A stretch of 64,000 nucleotides of DNA, taken from the IMG/VR virus record IMGVR_UViG_3300046787_000130, positions 97,238-161,237 of that record, one strand, 5' to 3'. Under the pieces are notes generated by a model. That model made no database searches. It was not told where the DNA came from and worked only from the letters and a program-made list of their open reading frames with translations. Both the position numbers and the translations under genes were made by a program. Source of the DNA: a virus. Numbering within the stretch: the stretch's first letter is position 1; each line of letters starts with the position of its first letter. Positions 37,093 through 47,941 of this stretch are shown piece after piece.

Positions 37093-38121
37093 ATGAGCGT
37101 ATACATTGACCAGAAGTACATTGGGTCTGTATCCTTCAAACTTGATTTGTTCAAGAAAAAGAAGGATGACCTGTACAACTTCCGTTGCCCATATTGCGGC
37201 GACTCCAAACGTAACAAAGTAAAAGCCCGTGCTTTCGTGTACCGAAAGTTAAATGGGTATTTCTTTATTTGCCATAATTGCGGCAAATCCACTACCTTTT
37301 CAAACTTTCTACAGTACATGGATGAGAATCAGTACAAGCAGTATGCTTTTGAAAAGTATGCTGACGGCGCTGGTGTACATTCTCCTGTAAAGAAGCCTGA
37401 CTTTAGCGAGTACAAGGGTGGCGTTTTTGAGCATGTTTTTGAAAAAGAAAAAACTCTAAAACACGTTGAAAATATTGTAGAACTGCCGGACGGACACTTC
37501 GCCAAAGACTATATACTTAATAGGAAGATTCCTCAGAACGCTTGGTCTGAAGTGTTTTACACTGAAAACTTTAAGCAGTTTCTTGACGAGAATTACCCTA
37601 ATCACGGTAAAGAAAACATCCCAGACGATGCGCGAATCATTCTTTTTTACAAGAATGAGGGTGGCTCTGTCACTAACGTAGCAGGGCGGGCATTGGCTGA
37701 CTCTAAAATTCGCTATATGACAGTAAAGATTACAGATGAAAAGAAAATCTTTGGCTTACAGAATGTTGACAAGAGCAAACCAGTTTATGTCTTTGAAGGT
37801 CAGTTCGATTCGCTCTTTGTTCCTAATAGTGTCGCTTCTGGTGACAGCAATCTTATTGGTTGCGGAGACGTATTAGGGAAGGATAATGTTGTACTTGTAT
37901 TTGACAATGAACCTCGCAACAGAGAGATTGTCAAGCAAGTAAACAAAGCCATCGAACAAGGCTATCGCGTTTGTTTGTTTCCTGAAGATGCTCCGGGAAA
38001 GGACATTAATGAGATGGTTCAGAACGGAATGAGCGTTGATGAACTCAGAACCTTGATAGATGATAACACGGTTAGCGGTTTGTCAGCAAGTCTTAAATTC
38101 GTAACATGGAAGAAGGTATAA
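37093..38121 (+). CDS. 61: DNA primase gp61
   Basis: NFRCPYCGDS, CHNCG zinc finger; EGQFDS, DNEPRN, KDINEM TOPRIM. Confidence 0.96.
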   Translation: MSVYIDQKYIGSVSFKLDLFKKKKDDLYNFRCPYCGDSKRNKVKARAFVYRKLNGYFFICHNCGKSTTFSNFLQYMDENQYKQYAFEKYADGAGVHSPVKKPDFSEYKGGVFEHVFEKEKTLKHVENIVELPDGHFAKDYILNRKIPQNAWSEVFYTENFKQFLDENYPNHGKENIPDDARIILFYKNEGGSVTNVAGRALADSKIRYMTVKITDEKKIFGLQNVDKSKPVYVFEGQFDSLFVPNSVASGDSNLIGCGDVLGKDNVVLVFDNEPRNREIVKQVNKAIEQGYRVCLFPEDAPGKDINEMVQNGMSVDELRTLIDDNTVSGLSASLKFVTWKKV

Positions 38122-38122
38122 T

Positions 38123-38788
38123 ATGAAAGCACGTTTGATTAGTTGTTCACAACCAGTTAACTTACCGGCATATATTGATACGCCGCAAGAACTGGTAGCA
38201 TACTGTGCAAGGGTTTCTAATCCTGCCAATCAGTTGAACACGGAAACATCTGAAAGACTTATCAAGTATCTCATCAAGCACCAGCATTGGTCGCCTCTTG
38301 AGATGGTAAGTGCTTGCGTAGAAATTGAAACAACTCGTGATATTGCTAGACAGATTTTACGCCATCGTAGTTTTTCTTTCCAGGAATTCTCGCAGCGTTA
38401 TGCTGACCCAACGCAAGACTTGTCGTTTGAACTTCGTGAAGCAAGATTACAGGATACCAAGAACCGTCAGAACAGTATTGAGACTGATAACCAAAATTTG
38501 AAAGAGCGTTGGGAAGACTATCAACGTTCTATTATCGCTAATGCTCAAAGTGCATATCAGTGGGCTGTTGATAATGGTATTGCTAAGGAAGTTGCTCGCG
38601 CAGTTCTTCCTGAAGGACTTACTATGTCACGCATGTATATGAATGGTACTTTGCGTTCGTGGATTCACTATATACAACTCCGTCAAGCGAACGGCACCCA
38701 AAAAGAACATATGGAAATTGCTAAGGCTTGTGCTGCAGCAATTACCAAGATTTTCCCGCTTACAAAAGAACTAACAGAAGAGGCATAA
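38123..38788 (+). CDS. thyX: Flavin-dependent thymidylate synthase
   Basis: HWSPLE, RHRSFSFQEFSQRY, QKEH. Confidence 0.97.
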   Translation: MKARLISCSQPVNLPAYIDTPQELVAYCARVSNPANQLNTETSERLIKYLIKHQHWSPLEMVSACVEIETTRDIARQILRHRSFSFQEFSQRYADPTQDLSFELREARLQDTKNRQNSIETDNQNLKERWEDYQRSIIANAQSAYQWAVDNGIAKEVARAVLPEGLTMSRMYMNGTLRSWIHYIQLRQANGTQKEHMEIAKACAAAITKIFPLTKELTEEA

Positions 38789-38789
38789 C

Positions 38790-40694
38790 ATGGCTAGTAG
38801 ACTACCCAGCATTTATCAGGATTTCATTCACATTTCTCGCTATGCGCGTTTTAATGACGCACTTGGTCGCCGTGAGACTTGGGATGAAACCGTAGACCGT
38901 TACATTTCATTCTTTCAGAAACGCACTGACAACAACAAGAAAGTGCCTTGGGAAGAGATTCGCAGTGCTATTCTAAATCTTGAAGTCATGCCATCAATGC
39001 GTTGCTTGATGACTGCTGGTCCTGCTCTTGAAAAAGACCAAGTTGCTGGATACAACTGCTCATATGTCGTTGTTGATAGCCCTAAGTCATTTGATGAAAT
39101 TATGTATGTTTTGATGTGCGGTACTGGCGTTGGCTTCTCTATTGAATCCCGATACACCAACAAGTTGCCAGAGGTTCCAGATGAACTTCATCCTACAGAT
39201 ACTACAGTCGTTTTTGCAGACTCTAAGGTTGGTTGGGCAAAAGGCTACAGAGAATTCATTTCTCTGCTTTATGCTGGCAATGTTCCTAACTGGGATGTAT
39301 CGAAGGTTCGTCCAGCTGGTGTTCGGCTCAAGACATTCGGCGGCAGAGCATCAGGACCAGAACCACTTGTAGACTTGCTCAAGTTTACTCTTAACATTTT
39401 CCAGAAGGCGCGTGGTCGCAAACTATCCACATTGGAGTGCCATGACATTGTTTGTAAGATTGCTGACATCGTTGTGTGCGGCGGCGTTCGTCGTTCTGCG
39501 CTTATTTCTCTATCTGATCTTAACGATGACTCTGCTCGCCATGCTAAATCTGGTTCTTGGTGGCTCGCTGACGGTCAGCGTGCTCTAGCCAATAACTCTG
39601 CTGTTTATGAGCAGAAGCCTGACATGGATACGTTCATGCAGGAATGGGTAGCATTGTATATGTCGAAGTCTGGTGAGCGTGGTATCTTCTCACGTCAGGC
39701 ATCTAAGGCTATTGCTGCCAAGTATGAGCGTCGTGACCCTAACCATGAGTTCGGTACAAACCCTTGCTCTGAAATCATTCTGCGTCCATATGAATTCTGC
39801 AATCTCTCTGAGGTTGTTGTTCGTGCAGAAGATACCATTGAAGACCTGAAGCGCAAGTGCCGTATTGCTACTATCATTGGTACACTTCAGTCTACTATGA
39901 CAGACTTCCGTTACATTAACAAGAAGTGGAAGAAAAACTGCGATGAAGAGCGTTTGCTTGGCGTTTCTCTAACTGGTATCATGGACCATGCTCTATTGAA
40001 TGGTAGCAATCCTGCTGATTATGAGCATGGCAATCTACCTCGCGCACTTCAGTCAATGCGCAAGGAATGTGTTGAGACCAATAAGAAGTTTGCTGACATC
40101 CTTGGTATTGAAGCATCAGCTGCTATCACTTGCGTGAAGCCTTCCGGTACAGTTAGCCAGTTGGTTGACTCCGCTTCAGGTATTCACCCACGTTATAGCC
40201 AGTACTACATCCGTCGTGTTCGCGCAGACAAGAAAGACCCTCTTGCTGACTTTATGATTAGCAAGGGCTATCAGGCTGAGGAAGATTTCTACGGCAAGAG
40301 CAACTGGGTGTTTAGTTTTCCAATGAAGGCTCCTGAAGGTGCAGTCCTCACTAAGGATGTAACTGCTATCAAGCAACTTGAATTGTGGAAGATTTATCAG
40401 GACCACTGGTGCGAGCATAAGCCATCTATCACCGTATATGTTGGTGATGATGAGTGGATGGAAGTAGGCGCATGGGTTTATAAGAACATGGCTTCTCTAT
40501 CAGGCGTTTCATTCCTACCACGTGATACTGGTTCGTATCGTCAGGCTCCGTATGAGGCTATTGATGAGACTAAGTATAAGGAACTTCTTGCAACTCAGAA
40601 CGTTGAACTAAACTGGACTGAGTTTATGGAAGAGACAGATACTACAGAAAGTGCTCAAACATTAGCATGTGCAGCAGGCGGTTGTGAAATCTAA
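38790..40694 (+). CDS. nrdJ: Class II (adenosylcobalamin) ribonucleotide reductase
   Basis: YNCS, GGVRRSA, GTNPCSEI, TCVKPSGT, C-terminal CAAGGCEI; no nrdB adjacent. Confidence 0.92.
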   Translation: MASRLPSIYQDFIHISRYARFNDALGRRETWDETVDRYISFFQKRTDNNKKVPWEEIRSAILNLEVMPSMRCLMTAGPALEKDQVAGYNCSYVVVDSPKSFDEIMYVLMCGTGVGFSIESRYTNKLPEVPDELHPTDTTVVFADSKVGWAKGYREFISLLYAGNVPNWDVSKVRPAGVRLKTFGGRASGPEPLVDLLKFTLNIFQKARGRKLSTLECHDIVCKIADIVVCGGVRRSALISLSDLNDDSARHAKSGSWWLADGQRALANNSAVYEQKPDMDTFMQEWVALYMSKSGERGIFSRQASKAIAAKYERRDPNHEFGTNPCSEIILRPYEFCNLSEVVVRAEDTIEDLKRKCRIATIIGTLQSTMTDFRYINKKWKKNCDEERLLGVSLTGIMDHALLNGSNPADYEHGNLPRALQSMRKECVETNKKFADILGIEASAAITCVKPSGTVSQLVDSASGIHPRYSQYYIRRVRADKKDPLADFMISKGYQAEEDFYGKSNWVFSFPMKAPEGAVLTKDVTAIKQLELWKIYQDHWCEHKPSITVYVGDDEWMEVGAWVYKNMASLSGVSFLPRDTGSYRQAPYEAIDETKYKELLATQNVELNWTEFMEETDTTESAQTLACAAGGCEI

Positions 40695-42276
40695 ACTAGA
40701 AAATTTTCCTTCTGTTAACTATCCAAGTTTGCGTGAGTGCCCTGAAAGACGGGCATTCATGCAATCTCAGTTTGACAAGTATGGGATTACCAATACAAAC
40801 TGCTATCTGACAGACAGATACGAAAAGATTAAAGACCAGTACACTATCCATAGTGCTATTCCGCATGAAGGATACATGCCGGGAATAACTCTGTCATTCT
40901 TAACGCTGATTAAAAACTGGTATGACAAGAATGAAGAAGAGTATGCTATATTTTGCGATGATGATACTGAATTCTTAAGCATAGATTATTGGACATTTAC
41001 TTGGGATGAGTTTGTTAACAACTTGCCTGAAGATTGGGAATGCGTTCAACTCTTCAGAGTTAAACATTGGATGGGCGCGAGTGGTAGTTATGTAGTTGGA
41101 GACTGGGCAATAGAAATTCCCAAGTTACAACTCAGAGAAAAAATGTGGGATGATTGGGGAACAACTTTTCTTCTGAAGAGAAGTTATGCCAAAAAGATAC
41201 TGGACAGACATTACATATCTCCGATAGAATACAGTTTTGACGTACCATGTCCAATTTGGCAACACCTGTATCCGCTGCCTGAAAATATATTGTATCGGTA
41301 TCTTGGTAAGGTATATAACTTTCCGTTGTTTGCTGAGAAACTTGACTTGCTTACTAGTTCAAGCACGTGCAACCCTACGCATAATATGTACAACATATAT
41401 GAAAATGCGCATATTAATTCATATGATTACATTAAAGTTTTATGGAAGACCCAACATAACATTAAAGACTTGTTGATACCTCAAAAGTTTGCCTTTTTGA
41501 CATCAATCAATTATACTAGTTTGATTGAGAGCGAAGATAGGCGAAACTTTATGAATTCTCAGATTGCAAAATACGGGATTGATAAGGCTAATGTATTCTT
41601 AGCAAAGCGTCTATCTGAGCACAAAGAAGAGTTTAACTACACTGGTAAGCATCTTTGGATGATGGATGATGGTGGTATTGGTGCAGTGCTATCACACTTA
41701 AGTCTCATCAAGAATTGGTATGATAACACTACTGAACCTTATGCTTTGTTTTGCGAAGATGACATTGACTTGTCTACATCAGAACACTGGTCATTTACTT
41801 GGGATGAGTTTGTAGCAAAACTCCCGAAAGATTGGGAGTGTGTACAACTAATTCGCATCAAGAACCATAGCAAAATTGAAGTTCGTGAGAAGTTAAATTT
41901 TCGCGATAGATATTGGGATGACTGGGGCGCAACGTATCTACTAACCAGAGACTATGCTAGAAAGATTATCAATCAGTATTGTCATGGTGATGGATTTGTT
42001 TTAGATGTTCCAGGTTGCGATATATACCCCATAATCGAAAATGTTTTATATTGCGGTTTGGGTAAGGTATATAATTGTCCGTTGTTCATAGAGTCAGTTA
42101 AACTGCCTACGACATTTTTGAAAGAATACGAAAAGACTGGATTTGAAGGTTATGATGTTGAGAACGCTATGAAAGGCGACCACTACATCTCTAGCAACTA
42201 CTACAAAGATTTTTGGAAGGTTGCTGGTCCACATGCAAATTTGAAGAAGATAATGGGAGAATATTATAATGACTAA
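40669..42276 (+). CDS. Tandem-duplicated GT25-like glycosyltransferase
   Basis: Two repeats each with RR.FM..Q, LIKNWYD, FC(D/E)DD, LP.DWECVQL, WDDWG. Confidence 0.75.
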   Translation: MQQAVVKSKLENFPSVNYPSLRECPERRAFMQSQFDKYGITNTNCYLTDRYEKIKDQYTIHSAIPHEGYMPGITLSFLTLIKNWYDKNEEEYAIFCDDDTEFLSIDYWTFTWDEFVNNLPEDWECVQLFRVKHWMGASGSYVVGDWAIEIPKLQLREKMWDDWGTTFLLKRSYAKKILDRHYISPIEYSFDVPCPIWQHLYPLPENILYRYLGKVYNFPLFAEKLDLLTSSSTCNPTHNMYNIYENAHINSYDYIKVLWKTQHNIKDLLIPQKFAFLTSINYTSLIESEDRRNFMNSQIAKYGIDKANVFLAKRLSEHKEEFNYTGKHLWMMDDGGIGAVLSHLSLIKNWYDNTTEPYALFCEDDIDLSTSEHWSFTWDEFVAKLPKDWECVQLIRIKNHSKIEVREKLNFRDRYWDDWGATYLLTRDYARKIINQYCHGDGFVLDVPGCDIYPIIENVLYCGLGKVYNCPLFIESVKLPTTFLKEYEKTGFEGYDVENAMKGDHYISSNYYKDFWKVAGPHANLKKIMGEYYND

Positions 42277-43246
42277 CTTTGTCACTAAGGCTCTTGATGC
42301 TGGCGGCAGCATTGTTCCTTTGCTTGTTCCACCTAATGAGAAAACCAGAGGAACAGGATTATTTAATCCATGTGTATACAATGATAATGGCACGCTTCGC
42401 CTCAATCTAAGACATTGCCAGTATACCATCTATCACGCTGAGAAGAATCGGTTTGAGCACCACTATGGTCCTCTGATTTATCTCAATCCTGAAAATGATG
42501 TCACTCTAACTACAACCAACTACTATTGCGAACTTGATGCTGATGGCATGGTTGCGCAATATGCTCCTGTTGACACTAGTGCTCTTGATGTACGTCCAAT
42601 CTGGGAATTTGTCGGATTGGAAGATTGTCGCATGGTTCGATGGGACAATAAGTTGTATTTGTCTGGTGTTCGCCGTGATACAACTACCAATGGTCAAGGT
42701 AGAATGGAACTCTCTGAGATTGTAGTTGAACGTAATACTGTTAAGGAAGTATCACGCTTTCGCATTCCTGCCCCATTCCCAGATACGTCATATTGCGAAA
42801 AGAACTGGATGCCTATTGAAGACATGCCGTATCATTATGTTAAGTGGAGCAACCCTACTGAAATTGTTCGCGTAGACCCAGTTAACAAAACTTGCGAATC
42901 GGTCTTTATGGGCAAGTTTGTCGAGAAGCCTTGGGATTACCGGGGAGGCTCTCAGGTTATACCATTTGGCGAATACCGCATATGCGTAGCCCATATTGTA
43001 AACTTGTTCAAGAGTGAGCAAGGCAGAAAGAACGCGACATATCGTCATGTATTCATTGTATGGGATAAGGATTGGAATGTAGTCAAGTATACTGAACCTT
43101 TTGATTTTATGGGAGCAGAAGTTGAATTCTGCTGTGGTATGACGGCACATAATGATGACATCTTGATTACGTTTGGCTTCCAAGATAATGCCGCCTATCT
43201 ACTAAAGGTTCCTGCTAAGTTTATTGGAGATTATGTTAATGTCTGA
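42269..43246 (+). CDS. Five-bladed beta-propeller glycosidase/phosphorylase-like protein (GH130/GH43-like)
   Basis: FNP, GLEDCR, CEKNWMP, RGGSQ, VEFCCG, FG.QD. Confidence 0.7.
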   Translation: MTNFVTKALDAGGSIVPLLVPPNEKTRGTGLFNPCVYNDNGTLRLNLRHCQYTIYHAEKNRFEHHYGPLIYLNPENDVTLTTTNYYCELDADGMVAQYAPVDTSALDVRPIWEFVGLEDCRMVRWDNKLYLSGVRRDTTTNGQGRMELSEIVVERNTVKEVSRFRIPAPFPDTSYCEKNWMPIEDMPYHYVKWSNPTEIVRVDPVNKTCESVFMGKFVEKPWDYRGGSQVIPFGEYRICVAHIVNLFKSEQGRKNATYRHVFIVWDKDWNVVKYTEPFDFMGAEVEFCCGMTAHNDDILITFGFQDNAAYLLKVPAKFIGDYVNV

Positions 43247-45236
43247 CCTGAGATTTGCCATTAGCGAATATGCGCGTGACCCCGAGAACGCTGAAAAGAA
43301 CTTTTTCCTTGCGACCTTATATGAAGCGCAAGGACAATATGCAGCAGCAATATCTTTCTATCTGCGTGCTGCGGAAAGAACCGCAGATGATGACTTAGCA
43401 TATGAATCGCTTCTGAAAGTAGGATTATGCTATGATAGACATGACAATCGCCACAATACAGTTCGTGGTGTCTATAAGCATGCTATCACCTTCCGTCCTG
43501 ACCGTCCTGAAGCATATTACTTGCTAGCCAAGTTTGATAACTACTATCAAAATTTTCCAGATGGCTACCTCATCGCTTGCCTTGGTTTAAATTGCGCTAA
43601 TTTTGACCTTCCGCCACTTCGCGACCGAATGGGCTATACAGGCAAACATCTAATTGTGTTTGAAAAAGCCCTTGCTGCTTGGTGGTGGGGTAAGGGTGAT
43701 GAATCCCGCAAACTCTTTAGTTACATTGCTGAAAACTACTATGACCAGTTAGACCCATACACGCTAGGTGTTCTCCAAGACAATCTTGTTAAACTTGGAA
43801 TCAGTCCGCTTAAGCGATATGGGGCTAAAGCAGTAACCAATTCCGAAATTGTTAACAACATAGATTGGGGTACTCTCACTTGGGATGACATCATCACCAT
43901 TAAGAGAGAGATTGGCAATGAGGATGTTTACGGATACTGGCGTGGCGTTAAGAAAGATGACGTTGTTGTCGATGTTGGCGCTAGCGTAGGACCATTTATC
44001 TGCACAATCTTGAATAAGCAACCTTCCAAGGTGTATTGCGTTGAACCATCAAAAGTTCTAACAACACAGTTGCGGGAAAACATCGAAAAGTATAACGAAT
44101 CAGCAATACCAGTTGAGTATGTCAATAAAGCCATAGTTGGCAACTATGATAAGGTCAATATCTTTGGTGGTAGCAACGATTTTGAAACTACTAGTTTTAT
44201 AGATTTTGTTGCTGACAACAATATTGACCGCATCAATTTCCTAAAGATAGACTGCGAAGGTGGCGAGTATAGCATATTTGCCGATGAGAATATTAACTTC
44301 CTACTCAACAATGTTGAATACATTGCAATGGAAGTTCATTTAAACTATGATGGTTGCAGAGAGAAGTTTAAGCGATTCCGAGACAAGTATCTGAGAAGGT
44401 TCAAGAACTACAAGGTAGTCTCTTGCACAACTCAGCAGATTGTTTGGGGAGCCAATGTAGACCTCAAATCACTCATCTTTGACAACAACTTTATTGACAC
44501 CTATAAATGCGAGTTTATGGTTTATATTTGGAATCGTAAATTTGATTGGGGTAGCAATCTTCCTGAATACGCTGAGATGTTTGAGACTGAAATCTTTGTT
44601 AACAAGATGTACGAGAAGTACTTCAATGTAAATCAGGGTGATGTTGTAGTTGATTTCGGGGCTAATGCTGGCGCATTCTCCTATTCAATTATGGACAAGA
44701 GTCCAAGTCATGTATATTGCGTTGAGCCATCACCAACAATCATCTCAGCACTACGAAAGAATATGGAAGGATATCCTGTCACTATCGTCAACAAGGCAAT
44801 TACTGAAGTTTCCTTTGATGAGGCTAATGTTCCTGCTGATGGCGTCTTCATACATGATAACCGACACGGCACATACTCCGGCATTTCCTTCAAGGATTTT
44901 ATCGCAACCAATAACATCAGTAAAATTGATTTCTTGAAGTTTGATTGCGAAGGCGGGGAGTATTTCATCTTTACTGATGAGAACTATGACTTTATTAAGA
45001 ACAATGTTAAGCATATGGTTGGTGAATGGCATATCACTCATCAAGAAGATGCAGTAGCAAAGTTCAAAAAGTTTAGAGACACCTACCTAAAGAATATGTG
45101 TAATTTTCATATCTTTGACCGCAATGATGTAGAAGTGTCGCATCTAATCTTTGATGATTCATACATCGAAAATTTTGATGCGGAACACAAGCATGATTTT
45201 ACTGGTCAATTAATAATCTACATTAACAACAACTAA
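43239..45236 (+). CDS. TPR domain + two FkbM-family methyltransferase domains
   Basis: TPR helices (PDRPEAYY); two VVD.GA..G.F / VEPS / K.DCEGGEY repeats. Confidence 0.85.
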   Translation: MSDLRFAISEYARDPENAEKNFFLATLYEAQGQYAAAISFYLRAAERTADDDLAYESLLKVGLCYDRHDNRHNTVRGVYKHAITFRPDRPEAYYLLAKFDNYYQNFPDGYLIACLGLNCANFDLPPLRDRMGYTGKHLIVFEKALAAWWWGKGDESRKLFSYIAENYYDQLDPYTLGVLQDNLVKLGISPLKRYGAKAVTNSEIVNNIDWGTLTWDDIITIKREIGNEDVYGYWRGVKKDDVVVDVGASVGPFICTILNKQPSKVYCVEPSKVLTTQLRENIEKYNESAIPVEYVNKAIVGNYDKVNIFGGSNDFETTSFIDFVADNNIDRINFLKIDCEGGEYSIFADENINFLLNNVEYIAMEVHLNYDGCREKFKRFRDKYLRRFKNYKVVSCTTQQIVWGANVDLKSLIFDNNFIDTYKCEFMVYIWNRKFDWGSNLPEYAEMFETEIFVNKMYEKYFNVNQGDVVVDFGANAGAFSYSIMDKSPSHVYCVEPSPTIISALRKNMEGYPVTIVNKAITEVSFDEANVPADGVFIHDNRHGTYSGISFKDFIATNNISKIDFLKFDCEGGEYFIFTDENYDFIKNNVKHMVGEWHITHQEDAVAKFKKFRDTYLKNMCNFHIFDRNDVEVSHLIFDDSYIENFDAEHKHDFTGQLIIYINNN

Positions 45237-45237
45237 T

Positions 45238-45894
45238 ATGGCATACATCAACGCAAATATCCCGCCCATCGAATGCTATGTGCGGTCAAACTTCCTTCAA
45301 AACAGACCTGAGTGGGATGCTGAAAAGGATTTCTATCTTCCAGTATTAATATTTGGTGTGGCGTCTATACCGCACCGAGCGCCTCTATTTCATTTCATTA
45401 TGGAGGATGAGGGGCTTTGGTTTCGTATGCCAATCCACGCATTCTGTCACAAGACGCCAGCCAAACAACCTGAACTTACCAATCTAGTTTTATGGGATTG
45501 CTTCAGTTATCATGTTGGTGTTACGCAGTATGACTTTCTAATCAACAAGCGTATGCGATACATTGACCGCAACAAGAACTGGCAAGATGGAACTTACTTG
45601 TTCACTCTTGATTGGGCACAGGAGGATAAGAATGTCGCGGATTTGGGATTTAGTGAAGTCCCTGGTCAGCACAAATGTGGGCACGTCATCAAACTCGACG
45701 ACGGTAATTTTGCCATCCAGCCAAACAACCGAATCAGAGCATTTGAACCCTCCTTTGTCACAAAACCAGGACAGAATGTTATTGACCGTAAGATTGGAAC
45801 CCACATGTGGTCTGTTGAAAATACAACAAAGTGGGTCTTGTCGGATGATGACAGGTATGACTATACAGTGGAGGAAAAGACTAATGGCAACTGA
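45238..45894 (+). CDS. Conserved phage hypothetical protein
   Basis: MAYINANIP...LWDCFSY...YLFTLDW...EVPGQHKC...QPNNR. Confidence 0.75.
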   Translation: MAYINANIPPIECYVRSNFLQNRPEWDAEKDFYLPVLIFGVASIPHRAPLFHFIMEDEGLWFRMPIHAFCHKTPAKQPELTNLVLWDCFSYHVGVTQYDFLINKRMRYIDRNKNWQDGTYLFTLDWAQEDKNVADLGFSEVPGQHKCGHVIKLDDGNFAIQPNNRIRAFEPSFVTKPGQNVIDRKIGTHMWSVENTTKWVLSDDDRYDYTVEEKTNGN

Positions 45895-46201
45895 GTACGA
45901 TTTTGGGTTTAGTTTTGAGGACAGTGAGCCAACAACTCCTGTAGTTCCCGACAATACTGACCTTAAGGCTTTACAGGAAAAAGTAGACTCCCTTTTGACA
46001 TCACAGACTAGTTTGCTTGATACGCAAAACCAGCTGCTAGAGGAACGGTATAAAGCCAAGTTGAAGGAAGTAGAAGGCTTGATTCTGCCGCTTCTATATA
46101 ATCTGATGAAGAACCCCGATAAGGCTTACATCAAGTGGGAGAATCGGGCACCTGTCATACAAAAACAGATTGACAAGATTACGGCAATTACTAGGAGTTA
46201 A
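45884..46201 (+). CDS. Hypothetical protein
   Basis: DFGFS...PLLYNL.KNPDK.YI.W.NR; SD GGAGG. Confidence 0.7.
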   Translation: MATEYDFGFSFEDSEPTTPVVPDNTDLKALQEKVDSLLTSQTSLLDTQNQLLEERYKAKLKEVEGLILPLLYNLMKNPDKAYIKWENRAPVIQKQIDKITAITRS

Positions 46202-46203
46202 CA

Positions 46204-46410
46204 ATGTCAGACAAAATCACATGTGACAACTGTGGTTCTGTCTTCGCTTTACTATATGATGAAGATGAGGTAAGTTATACCCCATCACACTGCCCTTTCT
46301 GCGGAGACTACTACGACAACGCATCAGAAGAATTAGATTTCAACAATGATGACGACAATTTTAAGGACATGATGGAAAGCGATGATGTCCTGTTTGGGGA
46401 TGACGATTGA
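46204..46410 (+). CDS. Zinc-ribbon protein with acidic tail
   Basis: CDNCG...CPFCG. Confidence 0.75.
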   Translation: MSDKITCDNCGSVFALLYDEDEVSYTPSHCPFCGDYYDNASEELDFNNDDDNFKDMMESDDVLFGDDD

Positions 46411-46958
46411 TTGTCGTTGGTATTGACTACTCACTGACTTGCCCCTGCGTTTGTGTCGCTAAAGACCAGACATTCAGTAATAGTTACTTTTACTATCTGA
46501 CAGACCGGAAATCAGTGATAGGCAAGTTTCATAACATCCTTGGTGACCCTCATCCTGAGTACTTAACTGACCAGGAACGATATGAGAACATTGCAACTTG
46601 GGTGATTGAAATCCTAGCCAACTTTAATCGCGATGAGATTGTTATCATGATTGAAGACTATTCTTTCGGTTCAAAGGGCAGAGTGTTCAACCTTGCTGAG
46701 AACTGCGGCATTCTAAAGTACTTGTTATATAAGCACAACTACATATTCCATACTGTTGCTCCTACCGTTATCAAGAAGTTTGCTACAGGCAAGGGTAATG
46801 CAACAAAGGAAAAGATGTATGAGGCTTTCGTTAATGATACAATGATTGACTTACAAAACATCTTGTTGCCAAACGTCAAACTAAACTCCCCTATCACGGA
46901 CATTGTTGACGCTTGGTACTTGGCAAGATACATGCAACATAGTTTGGAGAAAGTATGA
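46407..46958 (+). CDS. RuvC-like Holliday junction resolvase
   Basis: GIDYS, IEDYS, KKFATGKGNATKE, DIVDA. Confidence 0.85.
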   Translation: MIVVGIDYSLTCPCVCVAKDQTFSNSYFYYLTDRKSVIGKFHNILGDPHPEYLTDQERYENIATWVIEILANFNRDEIVIMIEDYSFGSKGRVFNLAENCGILKYLLYKHNYIFHTVAPTVIKKFATGKGNATKEKMYEAFVNDTMIDLQNILLPNVKLNSPITDIVDAWYLARYMQHSLEKV

Positions 46959-47941
46959 AAAAGGTTTTGGTTACTGGCGCAGCTGGGTTTCTAGGTTCAC
47001 ACCTTTGCGAGAGATTGCTTGCCGAAGGCTGTCGCGTATATGCCTTTGACAACCTATACACGGGGTCAATGGATAACATCCGTCACCTCATGACGAGTGA
47101 TATGTTCAGTTTCCATAATCTAGATGTCACATATACAAATTTTGTGCATCTTGCGCATTGCCTTACTGGCGGCAACCTAAGTGAAATTTATAATCTTGCT
47201 TGCCCAGCATCTCCAGTTCACTATCAGAAAGACCCGATTTATACTTGGAAGACGAGTGTGATTGGCGCTATGAATGTTCTTGAACTAGCCGAGTTTGTCA
47301 GAAAGTTTGATGGCATCTCGCCGCGTGTTGTACAAGCATCCACGTCTGAGGTGTATGGCGACCCTCATGTTCACCCGCAACCTGAAGGTTATTTTGGTAA
47401 TGTTAACCCAATTGGAATTAGGTCTTGTTATGATGAAGGCAAACGCGCAGCAGAATCCCTTTTCTTTGACTTTAAACGAGTTCATGATACTAACACTGGC
47501 GTGTTCCGTATCTTTAATACTTATGGTCCACGTATGGCTACGGATGATGGTCGTGTAGTCAGTAACTTTATTGTTGCTGGCATTCGCAAAGAGCCCCTTG
47601 TCATTCAAGGAACAGGACAACAGAGTCGCAGTTTCTGTTATGTTGATGACTTGATTGAAGGTATCCTGCGGTTCGCAAGAAGTGACCTTGCTGGTCCTGT
47701 AAACATCGGCAACCCAACTGAGTTTACTATTCAGCAATTAGCGGATATGATAGTAGACCGTTACGGAATTAAGACATGTTATGTTCCTGCTGTACAAGAT
47801 GACCCAAAACAGCGTAAGCCTGATATCACTACAGCACAAACGCGACTGAAGTGGAATCCTACTGTAGAACTACAAGAAGGTCTAGATAAGACCGCAGCAT
47901 ACTTTGAGGAGAAACTAAAATGTCGGAGCAAGATACTGTAG
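46955..47941 (+). CDS. uxs: UDP-glucuronate decarboxylase (UDP-xylose synthase)
   Basis: NLACPASPVHYQ, ASTSEVYGDP, RSCYDEGKR, DGRVVSNF, DDPKQRKPDI. Confidence 0.93.
   Translation: MKKVLVTGAAGFLGSHLCERLLAEGCRVYAFDNLYTGSMDNIRHLMTSDMFSFHNLDVTYTNFVHLAHCLTGGNLSEIYNLACPASPVHYQKDPIYTWKTSVIGAMNVLELAEFVRKFDGISPRVVQASTSEVYGDPHVHPQPEGYFGNVNPIGIRSCYDEGKRAAESLFFDFKRVHDTNTGVFRIFNTYGPRMATDDGRVVSNFIVAGIRKEPLVIQGTGQQSRSFCYVDDLIEGILRFARSDLAGPVNIGNPTEFTIQQLADMIVDRYGIKTCYVPAVQDDPKQRKPDITTAQTRLKWNPTVELQEGLDKTAAYFEEKLKCRSKIL

Noticed and set aside
45563-45883. N-terminal extension of ORF 45563..46201
   Set aside because: Overlaps the conserved upstream gene; SD supports start at 45884
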